NCBI RefSeq assembly: GCF_036321535.1
Contig: NC_087447.1
Location: forward strand, 41,356,001-41,420,000
Length of the DNA: 64,000 bases
Direction: 5' to 3'
Source: Camelus dromedarius
Taxonomy: Eukaryota
In this document: piece after piece, positions 12,679 to 23,700 of the stretch
Position numbering within the stretch: position 1 is the stretch's first letter
How the letters are laid out: every line of letters starts with the position of its first letter
Made by a program: the position numbers and the translations under genes
Notes under the pieces: generated by a model
Seen by the model: only the letters and a program-made list of their open reading frames with translations
What the model was told of the DNA's origin: nothing
The model's database searches: none

Positions 12679-12874
12679 TAGAGTTGCCAGATTTAGCAAA
12701 TAAAAATACAGGATAAGCAGTTAAATTAGAATTTCAGATTAAAAAAAAACATTTTTTTAAGTATAAGTATGTCCCATGTAATATTTGGGACATACTTATT
12801 ACTAAAAAAGATACATGTTGTTTTTCTGAAATTCAGATTTAAGTGAATGTCCTGTATTTTATCTGGCAACCCTA
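12679..12874. mobile_element. MER53 palindromic hAT MITE
   Basis: Terminal inverted repeats (TIRs) TAGAGTTGCCAGAT / ATCTGGCAACCCTA; internal palindrome ATAAGTATGTCCCA...TGGGACATACTTAT; 8-bp TSD CCCAGGGC/CCCAGCAC (6/8 match). Confidence 0.9.
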
Positions 12875-13479
12875 CCCAGCACTTCTCTGAGCTTCTTCCG
12901 CAGAAGAGGGCTAGAGCCCCTGTGTGACTGGCCCAGAGCCCACAGCTCCGTGATCTTTCTCTAGATGGACACTGCATCCAAAGTGGGTGAGGAGCGAGTT
13001 AGGCAGGGTGTGGACTTCCAGGAGAGAGGCAGCCCTTCCTCACCTGTGTCTGGGCAGGGGCAGGAAACTAATTGTGCCTATCAGGAGGTAGGAGATGCTG
13101 GCACTGTGCTAAGCCCTACAATCTTATCTTGTTGAAGCCTCCTGCAACCCTAGGAGTTAGGCTGGTGTTATCACTATGATTCCCTCTTTCGAGATGAGAC
13201 AGGCTCCACGAGGTTTATCACCATAGGCTGTTGAGTGGAGGAGCAGAGATTGAAGCCCTTGGGGCTGGGGCCAGGTCTGGGATTAGCAGAATCTTCCAGG
13301 CCCTTCTCTCTGCTAATCCCAAGGGTTTAAGGTAGGAACAGCCCTGCCTCCGAATCCCTGGGACAGGAAATGTTCCCAGTTTTCCTGGCACAGGGCCAGG
13401 GTCTTGTCCAGGCTCACATGCTTGCTGGAGATTCCAGGCTGGGAGGCAGATCTGCCAAGTTCCCTTGGTCCCAGTCTGG

Positions 13480-13775
13480 CCAGGACAGTGGCCGGCAGCA
13501 TGAGCTGCCCAGGGGCATGGGCATTGCCCTCCACTGTGCGGGTGCCCATGGGAGGGGCCCAGGGCGAGCTGCTGCCTCGCAGGCCTGGCCGGTGCTGAGC
13601 CCCCAGCCGCCTGGCCAGCTTCTCTGCCGTTAGCCCCCTGAACCGGGCCAGAGGGGTCCCTGAGGAGCTCTGGGCGCTAAGTCCCAGCCCCTCTCGGAGG
13701 AGGCGGGCAGCAAGTCTCGGCAGCCAGAGGCTTCTCAGCTCCCAGCTCCGGAGCCAGATGTAACATTGACCTTAA
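13480..13775 (+). promoter_or_regulatory. IRAG1: GC-rich proximal promoter / 5' UTR of IRAG1
   Basis: Repeat-free, GC-rich stretch with locally raised CpG immediately upstream of the exon 1 ATG. The TSS cannot be placed from sequence. Confidence 0.6.
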
Positions 13776-13842
13776 ATGGTAAAAGCTCCCCAGAGTGAAG
13801 AGAGGCTGGCCAGAGGAGGAAAAGGGAATAACTCAGTTTTAG
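13776..13842 (+). CDS. IRAG1: IRAG1/MRVI1 (IP3 receptor-associated cGMP kinase substrate) coding exon 1
   Basis: ATG at 13776 reads MVKAPQSEERLARGGKGNNSVL plus one G, then a consensus donor TAG|gtaagt at 13842/13843 (67 coding nt, phase 1). The peptide matches the recalled N-terminus of mammalian IRAG1. It is too short to appear in the ORF track. Confidence 0.93.
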
Positions 13843-14982
13843 GTAAGTCGTCGCTATCTCCAAGAATAACCTGCCTCTTCAGCCGGGAGCAAGGGAACCC
13901 TTTTCCTCCTTAAAGGTACAGGGTGCTGGGATGGGGGCATCTGACTTTAACTTTCCAGGGGAGTTGGCTTGGTTGGGTAGCATTTCAGCCGAGTATCTTT
14001 ATTGTTGCTGTCATCATTTTAAAATAAGAAGTGAATCTGACCCGTCCTAACTTAACTAAATTGTGCTCTTTTTGCTTGCTGTTGGAAAGCATGCATGAAT
14101 TAGAGTGAAAATGCGGATTCTGACTGGGGATCTCTACCCCAGATTTCCTGTGGGCCCCTTTGGAGCAACAGTGGGCCCCCAGATTACATAAGCCCTCCAG
14201 GCAGGGCTTCCCCCAGCCGCCTGTTACCCCTTCCCCAGCCTTGCTCTCTGCTTACTTGTGCCTCTCTCTGCCCCCAACCCCCACCCTGTGCTGCCCTCTG
14301 TCCACTTTTGACTTTGTGCTGGCCCAGCCCTGGCTCTCTCCTTGACCTGCCCTTGTTTCTGTCCCTAAACCTTCTGTTGTGTGCTCTGGTCGCAGCCACT
14401 GTTTTTATCCCTGTCCCCATAACTCTTGTCTCCAGTTTTGCCCCACCCTGTGCCCTTTCCCTACTCCTTCCAGAGGTTGTGTGTGCCCGGTCTGTGCTCT
14501 GAGAGTCTGCTCACCTCCAGGAGCTCGGTGTCAGAGCTATTTCTAGAATGAGCAGCACTCAGGCTGCCTTTCTCCAAAGGAAAGGCCAGTGGGAGCCGAG
14601 GCCAGAAAGGGGTCCAGCTGTCCTGCTTCCTTCTGCCCAGTCAACGGTTGTAAAAGCCCAGAGATGCTCTTCAGTTTGAATAAACAGAGTAGGGGGACCT
14701 GAGGCCCCTGGCCTGCATTCCTGTCTCCCAGAGCTCAACAGCTGCTGTTTTGACACTTACTCTTCAGGTTGCTCTTTGAGGGTCTCGGGGAAAATAAAGC
14801 AGCCCATGGACTGGTCTGAGCTGGGTCTCATGCAGGTAAAAGGAGGCAGTTTCCCAGGACTGTTCGGCTGGCAGCACTAGGGAGTCAGAGTCAAGAGGGT
14901 TTCTCTTGTTCCCACCAGGGGGCAATGACATGCTGGTGAGACAGGTGGAGTTAACTCCCCCCAGCCTCATGCCACCACTCTG

Positions 14983-15095
14983 ATGGGGAGGAAACTCAGG
15001 TTAAGTGACTTGCCTAAGGTCAGACCACTGAGAAAGAGCAGAACTAGGAGAGCTAAGAGTCAAACCCAAGTCTGTGTAAGTCTTAATTCCAGTGC
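14983..15095 (-). mobile_element. MIR relic
   Basis: gaggaaactcaggttaagtgacttgcctaaggtca...caaacccaagtctg. Confidence 0.7.
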
Positions 15096-15219
15096 TCCTG
15101 CCCCTGAACACAGCTGTGAGGGTGAGGGTACACTCCTGCCTTCAGTAGTGTCTTGTGATTTTTGACCTAATGGACAATACAGTTGTCATTGTCATGCTTG
15201 GTCCATGATTCAGAAGGGG

Positions 15220-15220
15220 G

Positions 15221-15255
<35 letters not shown>
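15220..15255. repeat. (GT)n microsatellite with one interruption
   Basis: Directly visible. Confidence 0.95.
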
Positions 15256-15256
<1 letters not shown>

Positions 15257-17359
15257 TGGCTATTTGTATTCACAGCTGATAGACCTTCCTCTATACTTGG
15301 TAGTAAGTGGGATGTTCCTGTATTCCCTCTAAGATCATCTTGGAGGTATAATCATGTGCTCATTGCTACAACATGATCAATGATCCCTGTAAACATGTTT
15401 TCTAGAAGAAAAAAAAGCAAACATGCCATTATTACTGTACAGGGAACACTGTTCTAAGCACTTCCCGTGCAGTAATTCAAACTTTACAACTCTGCAAAGC
15501 TGGGGTTCCCATGACTACCCTCATCTCTAGGTGGGACGTTTTAGCACAAGAAGTCACACAGCTGGTGACAGGTGGTGCTGGCAGCCTGTCTCTGGAGGCT
15601 CTGCTCTTAACCACTGTGCTCTGTCCATCTACAGTTGGTGCCATTTCTGAGACAGCGGTGGGGGAAGCACTGACTCTTCCAACGCTGCATCTGAGGCTCT
15701 CCACACATGATTTGGTGTGCTCTTTTCAGCCACGCTAAGAGGGATGTGTCTTTAATTCAGTTTTACAGGAGGGTGCTAGGACTAGGGAATGTGACACAAC
15801 TTGTCCAAGGTCACCCAGCCACCAGGTGACAAAGCAGGGGACTTAGTATCTTGGATGAGGATAGTTAAGGCCATGTAATGCCTTCTACTTGAAGCTAACT
15901 CCCAGGGGCACCAGGGGACTCGTAATGTCAGGGTGAGGGGTTCCATGAGTCTCTGTGAGAGGAAAGCTAGATTCCTTGCCTGATGGGAGAACCACACATA
16001 AAGGGTTCTCAGCTTCCCAAACAGTTCCTGCCTCTTTCCTGTAAGTCTTGGTAATAGGGGTGGATGGATGCACCCACGCCTCCAGCAGGAGTGGGGACTG
16101 AGCCCTGTGAGGGCAGAGACCCTGTCTCATTCCCCACTGTGTGTCCTGCACCCAGAGTGATGCTGGGAGTGTACTAAGTGCTCAGGATCAGTTGGTTTTT
16201 TCTTATGAAGAAATGAACCTAATACTCAAAATGCGTGTTCTGGTTAATCAGGGCCCTGGGTTTATTCTGTGTGTGTGCCTGATGAGCAGATTCTTCTCGT
16301 CTGTCTTGAGAGGATGCAAGGTGGGAATCTCAAGTTGTCCACTTCCTCCGCAGCCTCCATCTCTCCTGGGTAGTGCCAGGGAGTCTCTGGGCTGCCCCTT
16401 GGCCGTCCCCTCTGTGCTTGGCAGTCAGCAGAGGGACTGTTTGATGAGTGAGGAGGAACGGAGGCCCAGATGGATGGGGAGGAGAGATCCAGGAGCCCCC
16501 AGACTCTGCTCCTGCTCCTTGGGGAGCTCTTTGAGTTAGTGAACTAGCTCTCTTATAAATGTGAAAAGAAGGAGGAGAGAAAATTCAATGAATTGTGTTC
16601 CTACCTTGTGCCAGGGTCTGTACTAGAACTGTTATGCAATTTCATCCTTGTGATCGAGATGAGGACGTTGTGATTGAGGTAAAGCAAGGCACATGGTTGA
16701 TACGTGGTAAGTGGGGATTCCTGCTCAGGCCACCTTGATCTAAGGTGGGCACTTCCAGTGTTAGATGCCACCCTGCCTCTAGTTAGTAACGGGTCTCAGG
16801 GCAGTTAGGAGTGTCACAGCCCACATGACAGGGAAGTCAAGGGGACTGCATTTGTCCATGGACCTTGGAGGCCAGGCTCTGAGTTCAAGGGACAGCCCAG
16901 GGCAACCGCACTAGATGGGATGCAACATGAGTCCGTGACCTTGGACAGGCCCTGCCTTCTCTGTGAGGGCCTTCCCCAGGGGAGAAGGAAAGCAGGAGAC
17001 AGTCAGCCAGACAGAAAACCTCTCTGCTAGTCGGCCTTGGGTGTAAAAAGGAGTCAGGGAAGGCTAGGCTTAATCAGCTCTGGTTACTTTCTTCCCTGTA
17101 CTTTTGAAATTTAGAATTCTTTTTCAAAGTTTTTTCCTGGTAATGAAAGTAATGTATATTCCTTGCCAAACTTCCTTGGAAAATATAGAATTAAGTATAA
17201 AAAGAAATTCAGAAATAAATATAAAGAAATAAAACATCTCCCTGGAATCCTATCACTCAGAGATAAATATTGTTAATATTATGGTGTGTTTCTTTCTCTA
17301 TATTTCTTTATATTTTATAAAACTAGAGTCTTAGCATATATGGTTTTATAGTCTGCTTT

Positions 17360-18014
17360 AAAAATTTTTTTTTAGATTTTATTTTTTTAGAGCAGTTTTA
17401 GGTTCACCACAAAATTGAGAGAAAAGTACCACAGAGATTTCCCATATCGCCACACCTGCACAATGGGCTTATGATTTCGGGGTGAGGGCTTCTGTGAGTC
17501 TCTGTGGGAGGAAGCTAGATTCCTTGCTCAATGGGCTTGATTCTCCCCCATTATAACAGAGTGGTATATTTGCTACAACTGATGAACCTACATCACGGCA
17601 TCATAATCACCCAAAGTCCGTGGTTTACCTTAGGGTTTACTCTTGGTGTTGTACAGTCTGTGGATTTGGACAACTTGTATGATAACACATATCCACCATT
17701 ATAGTGTCATACACAGTGTTTTCACTGCCCTAAAAATCCTCTGTGTTCCACCTATTCATCCTTCCCCCGCAACCCCAACCCCTAGCAACTACAGATCTTT
17801 TTACTGTCTCCATAATTTTGCCTTTTCTAGAATGTCATACAGTTGCAGTCAAACACTATGTAGCTTTTTCAGACTGGCTTCTTAATCATATGCATTCAAG
17901 ATTCCTCCATGTCTTTTCATGGCTTGATAGCTCATTGCTTTTTAGCCCTGAATAATATTCCATTATCTAGATGCACCATGGTTTATTTATCCGTGCACCT
18001 ATGGAAGGATATCT
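17360..18014 (-). mobile_element. LINE-1 3' fragment (L1MA/MB-like)
   Basis: tttttagagcagttttaggttcac...gatgaacctacatc...gaataatattccatt. 11-bp TSD TAGTCTGCTTT at 17349-17359 and 18015-18025. Confidence 0.88.
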
Positions 18015-18025
18015 TAGTCTGCTTT

Positions 18026-18629
18026 CTTTTTTTAGTTTTTAAAAATTGAAGTATAGTTGATAAAATAACCTGTGACATAATATTATACAACATAGTGATT
18101 CACAATTTTTAAAGGTTACACTTCATTTATAGTTATTATAAAGTATTGGCTGTATTCCCCGTGTTGTACAATAATACATCCTTATATCTTATTTTACACC
18201 TGATAGTTTGTACCGCTTAATCCTCCACCTCCATCTTGCCCCTCACCCTTCTCTCTCCCTCCTGGTGACCACTAGTTCCTTCTCTACATCTGTGAGTCTG
18301 TTTCTTTTTGTTATATTCACTATTTTGTTTTATTTTTTAGATTCCACACACACATGATAATATACCGTATTTGTCTTTCTCTGTCTGATTCATTTCACTT
18401 AGCATAATACCCTCCGAGTCCATCCATGGTGTTGCAAAAGGCAAAATTGCACTCTTTTTGTTTTTGTTTGTTTGTTTTTGCGGGGGGTGGGTAGAGGTAA
18501 TTAAGTTTACTTATTTATTTTTTTTGATGAAGGTACTGGAGATTGAACCCAGGACCTTGTGCATCTTAGACATGCGCTCTACCACCGAGCTATACCCTTC
18601 CCCCTGTGTTCATTTTTACGGCTGAGTCA
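18026..18629 (-). mobile_element. LINE-1 3' UTR fragment carrying a nested SINE
   Basis: aattgaagtatagttga...tagattccacac...ttcacttagcataatac...atttttacggctgag. Confidence 0.85.
18455..18604 (-). mobile_element. tRNA-derived SINE (camelid Vic-1-like)
   Basis: Reverse complement reads GGGGGAAGGGTATAGCTCGGTGGTAGAGCGCATG...GGTCCTGGGTTCAATCTCC (Pol III A and B boxes), followed by an A-rich tail. Confidence 0.85.
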
Positions 18630-19329
18630 GAGCCTGCTTTTTTAAACTGAACATTCTATCATGATCATTTTCCCATGTCATTAAAGATACTTCAAAGCAT
18701 GATTTTTGAGGGATTATATATTACTGAATAATTTTAGCTGTGCAACAGTTTAATCATCATTCCTCTCGCTGGGCATTTTCAAATGTGGGTTTTTTCGGGA
18801 GCCTGTCTTAGTGGTGCACACATGACAGCTCTTCCATCCGTTTATGGTGTTTGGAAACTCTGTGCTCCCAGGTGGGCTTGTGCGGTGTGCCCTAGGATGT
18901 GGGCTTGTTCTGCAGGATGATAGTAAGTGGGATCCTGACTCAGCCCTAAATACATGGACTCACATACACGTTATTGCCTTTTAAGCGCTTTTCCATCCCT
19001 CCGAGGTGGCCCGGGAGGGCGGGTGCTGCAGGACTTTCAGTACTGAAACCGGACGTCCCAAGCAAATCAGGGCAAGTTGTTCTCCAGGGTTTGAAGCTAC
19101 TGTGCCTTCAGTATCTTTCAGATGCTTGCTTGTGTCTCTTCTTGACAAGATGAGAGCAGGTCTTGGGCCTGGAGCCTTCATCGGGAATGGCTAGAATTCA
19201 ATAACTATTTTCATTAAGTTTATTTTTACAACTCACTCCTCTCCGGTGGTGGGATAAGTGGTACTGACCTTTCCATTGATGGTAGGGATATAAAGATTCC
19301 TTTTTAAATAAATGTGATGACAGGGGTGG

Positions 19330-19535
19330 CTAACACTGAGCGCTTACTGTGTGCTGGGCGCTGTTCTAATGCTTTCCCTACAGAACCTCACTTAGTCCTC
19401 ACAGCGACCCCTGAAGTACTTACTACAGATAACCCTGTTGTACAGATAAGGAAACTGAGGCCAGAGAGGGTGAAGAACTTGCCCAACAACAGGAAGCTGG
19501 TAAATGGCCTGGCTGGGATTGCAAGCCTGGCTTTC
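19330..19535 (-). mobile_element. MIR
   Basis: actgagcgcttactgtgtgctggg...tacagataaggaaactgaggccagagaggg. Confidence 0.85.
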
Positions 19536-21249
19536 TGGCTCATTGCCAATCAAAGATGATGAAATTAATAAATGTAGAGGTGGCACCCAGATGTGGTAGA
19601 AAATGCGAAGGTGATTCAAGTTTAGGAAATGTTGGTTTGGAGGAAACCGGGGTTCTATGAGCAGGGGCATCTGTGAGTAGGGGATGGTGAGGGGTGAAGC
19701 TGAGCCACTCCGGCAAACCCAAGGGAAAGTTAGGAACCTGTGGGCCCACAGGAGAGGCTGAAAGGGGTGGGGCCATACAGTGATCCCTGTGGGGCTGCAG
19801 GGCTGGGCCGCAGAGCTGAGGGCATTGTGGTCGCCCCAGGAAGGGACCCACAGAGGCTACAGGGCCTTCTGCCACTGGCAGGCTGACTTGGAGGAAGTTT
19901 CCAGAGAGCCCAAGGTCCTGATTCCTTAGAAGGATAAGAAGGCCTGAAGACACCCTTGATTTTGCTCGTGCAGCTGTGGTCGAAAGAGTGCTGGCCCTCA
20001 GTGGAGAGGGTGGGCTCAGCTTTGACCAGCTCTTCCCCCGTTGTCATAGTGGGATCTGGCGTCCAGACATAGAGGCAGCGTCGTGCCCAGTGGAGAGTGC
20101 GACCCTGGAGTGACTGTGTGGCTCCACCACTGACCAGCTGGATGCCTTGAGCTGCACCTAACATCCCCGAGCTTTAGTCTCCTCTCCTATAAAATGGAGA
20201 TAATGATGGTGCCTACTTGGCAGGGTTAAATGCCTCAGCCTGTTGTCTGTTCCCAGTACCCAGCACACATTAGCTATTATTATTTCTAGCCTCTGTCTGT
20301 CCCCCCTCAGAGATTCCATCAAGGACACTCTCCACGGGGTGTGAGGCTCTGACTGCCCATCATTCTGGGTCCCAGTCCTTTAACACTCCGAGGGCAGCAG
20401 CAGACTTACACTCTAGATGATTGGCCACTGGTACCCGGTGGGGTCTTTAAGGAGGCTTAGTAAAACCACTTCCTCCCTTCACATAAGTTCTAAGGCTCGT
20501 TGGGAAGTCAGTCTAATATCACCCTTATGACTGATAAAGCTAATATTGGAGAACGTAGTTTCCATTGGCAGGCAAGCAGACTCACCCCCCAGCCTTGTGT
20601 AGTGCCTTCCGGTGGAGGCAGGCCCCTTTAAATCTTAGAGCCTGGAGGAGCAGAGCAGAACATGAGTGCCCTGCAGGCAGCTCATTCCCAAGAAGAAGGG
20701 GAGAGGAAGGGGCTGACTATTCATATTAACACTTCTCTGAACTCCCCATCAGATAGCTGTTCCTCTGGGGTAGAGCCAGGAGTCTTACACTCTCGGGGCT
20801 CCTTCCACACATGGGGAAACAGTCATGTATGGAGAAGAAGTATTATGCTACTAATGGAACCACAGTGAGGGCCTGGCCCAAGCCGTGCTGCAAAGCTGAT
20901 CTCATAGAGAACATACATAGGGCAATGTGCAGTGCCCTAGGGAGAGACAGCGAGTGCTGAGGCTGCGGGACTGTCTCGTGGTCCCACCAGGGCAGGCACC
21001 GCAGCTTCCCTCCTTTCCGTTCTATGGAACCTCGCCCCTTCCCCTCCTGAGATGCCCACTGGGCATCTGTTTGAGGACAAGTCCTTCCTTGGACAAGACA
21101 AATATCCAACTAAAAGTTATCTGGTGTGATTTTTTTTTCATGAAAATTCCGTTTAGGCAGCTCCATATAGGGAGCAAATAACCTTTCAACTCCCCCTCCT
21201 CTGGGATACTTCATATAGATAGACAGGAGACAGGGGGAGGGGAACTACC

Positions 21250-21445
21250 TTTATTTGAGCCTGCTGTACATATCAGGCATTTTATGTATAATATCTCATT
21301 AAATCCACATGTAGCTATCTGAGGAAGTTATATATGAGCAACTGACTCAAGGATGTTAGGCCACTTACCCAAGACTAGTAACTAGTAACTAGTCAGTGAA
21401 GAATGGGGAGTCAAATCAAAAACCATCAGACCCTGAATCCATAGC
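21250..21445 (-). mobile_element. MIR relic
   Basis: tttatttgagcc...atctcattaaatcc...acttacccaag. Confidence 0.6.
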
Positions 21446-21849
21446 AACTTCCATCTCTCTGTGGCTTATATATCAAGCCACAGGGCAGAGTGAGAATGTC
21501 CAGCCCTCATCCCTGCTTCTGTAGTTTGAGCCCAGGAGGCCCCAGCACTGCTGCACAGAGCAGAGGCCCTGAGCTTTTGGGGCAGGAGCCTGGGACAGCT
21601 GCTCCACTAGGCCAGCTCTATTTTGTGTCTCTCTTTTTAGTACATGACAGTCTTTATCGGCTCTCATAACCTCATCCATGAACAAAGCTCTCCCTCTGTT
21701 TAGTAGGAAAATACAAGTCTGGAACCATGAGCTTTCTGTTGGCAGGAAATGCCATGTCCTACATTGCAAGTCTTGAGTCACTCTCTCTGACTCACCAAGG
21801 CTTATGCCCAGAAAGTTCACAGATATCGCCATGGTCACCCAGTCTGCCT

Positions 21850-22095
21850 CAGAGGCAGCATGGAGGGGCAGTAGGGACCTCAGGTTCTGAAATCAAGTGA
21901 CCTGAATTCAAGTCCCAGCTCTACAACTTGCTCTGTGACCTTGGGGGAAATACTCTAACTTTCCTGTCTTACTTTTCTTACCTACAATAATAGGGCTGAT
22001 GATGATAATATGTCTCGCTCAAAAAGTTGTTACGAAGGTGAAATAGATTGTGGTATCTAAAGTACTTCTATGTGTATAGGTACTCAATAAATAAT
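21850..22095 (+). mobile_element. MIR
   Basis: gacctgaattcaagtcccagctct...tgtgaccttggg...taggtactcaataaata. Confidence 0.8.
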
Positions 22096-23213
22096 AACTT
22101 GTTTAAGCCCAGATGAATATCAAGCACACGGAACTCCTCTATTTTGGGGCTCCAAATGGTTGGGTTTCCCTAAGGGCTGTCTTATCATGATATTTTCAAC
22201 TTGTTGGGGGATTGGTTCCCTGATAGGAAGACTGAAGTGTTCTCCTGGACTTCTTACCTGAGACATCTTACCTGTTTCCCAGCTGAGGTCCATCTGGTCC
22301 CTGATGACAGTGATGATGATGAGGCTGAGTATTGTCAGGAGGAACCTAGATGGCTGTAGTATCATCTTGTGGGATACTCTAGGGTCCTGGACCTATCTCT
22401 AAGCCTGGTCACTGGCCCGGAGTTGATTATGTACATGGAGACTGACTCACGATCATCAAACTCACAAGAGACTGAAGTATAGAATTCTGAATGTCTGTGT
22501 GCTAATGTATGGTGAGGGAATTACCCTTTTACCATGACCAAAATGCTTGGGGGATAGAGATTTTGCTCAGAAGATGGAAAGTCCCGAGGGGTATTTCACT
22601 TAGATGTGGCCTGATACACATCTCTGACTATGACAGAGAGACTCCCTGAGAGCACAAGAGGGGTCTCTCCTCTGGGAACTTTCAATAAGCATTTCTCTTT
22701 GGTGTTCCCTTTGTCTTCGGTAGAAAGGTGGGATTTGTTGGAAGGTAGCCCAGGGAATCAAAAGAAAGAGTAGACAGACCTCAGGAAGACAGCCACCAGG
22801 GCAGTGGTGGGACCCGGCAGCAGGAACTAGCCAGTGTTTTCTCCAGAGCAGAGGTCTTCTCTAAGGCAAAGAGTTTTTGATGGCTCATGTCATCAATTAA
22901 AAAAAATTTTTAGCTTGCCTTTCCCATTTATGTATATTTCTTTATTTTAAATTATATTCATGAGCTGCTGTATTAATATGTGAGTTATTTTATAAAACAT
23001 GTAAAAGTAGAATTTTTTAAAGTCTGAGAAAGATAAAATACTATTTGAAAATCTTGCTTTATGTTTTTAACAGCACCACCAGCTTTTTTTTTTTTTCTTT
23101 CCTTAAGATTGTTCTTTAGTGAGAGAAATGTGATTTATTGTGTGTGTTTTAAGATCTCAGCACTTTGGATAACCCCTGGCTTTAGTGACTGTCATGGCCA
23201 AAAGAGACACTGA

Positions 23214-23700
23214 ACCAGTCAGTCTCCTAGCAGGGAACCAGATCCAACTCAACTGGCTCAAGAGACTTTAACACAAGGACTATTTACAGAGATATGGGGA
23301 CCATAAGGGATTGTGCCCGGATACCCTCAAAACTAGCAACAGCAGGAGGCTGTTACCAGCCCTAGCCAGGGAAAGGGGGGTGAGAAAAAGGAAATAGTGT
23401 GATTGGAAGCCAGTGTCATCTGGAGCCAGGGAGGAGGGACCCTCCAGGATGAGCTGTAATTATGGAGGGATACAGCTGCTGCCAGAGATGAGGCACTGAA
23501 GCAAGGAGTGGGCAGGGAAGGAGATGCCCAGCCCCTCTTCTCACACCTCCTGCTGGCCCATTGGGTAAACTCAGCCAGCAGGCATGGAAACTCAAGTGAT
23601 ATGCCCCACAGGTGTCATGTGGGAGCACAGAGCAGAGAATGGATCGTGGCACAGGGCAGGGAGAGGGAGGGCAGGGAGAGGATAACCAGCTCAGATAGCT
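23214..23700. mobile_element. ERVL-class LTR relic (LTR33/LTR16-like)
   Basis: ccagtcagtctcctagcagggaaccagat...aaggactatttacagag...ctagcaacagcagg...gttaccagcccta resembles the recalled consensus. Confidence 0.55.

Larger units (their letters stand above)
17130..18790 (-). mobile_element. Ancient L1ME-like host split by younger insertions
   Basis: Removing 17360-18640 restores ...ttttatagtctgcttt|tttaaactgaacattctatcatgatcattttcccatgtcattaaa, which is typical of an old L1 3' region. Confidence 0.6.

Noticed and set aside
18530..18604. Apparent tRNA genes (also 44080-44153 and 57205-57279)
   Set aside because: Degenerate stems, A-rich tails and a TSD at one copy identify them as SINE heads.
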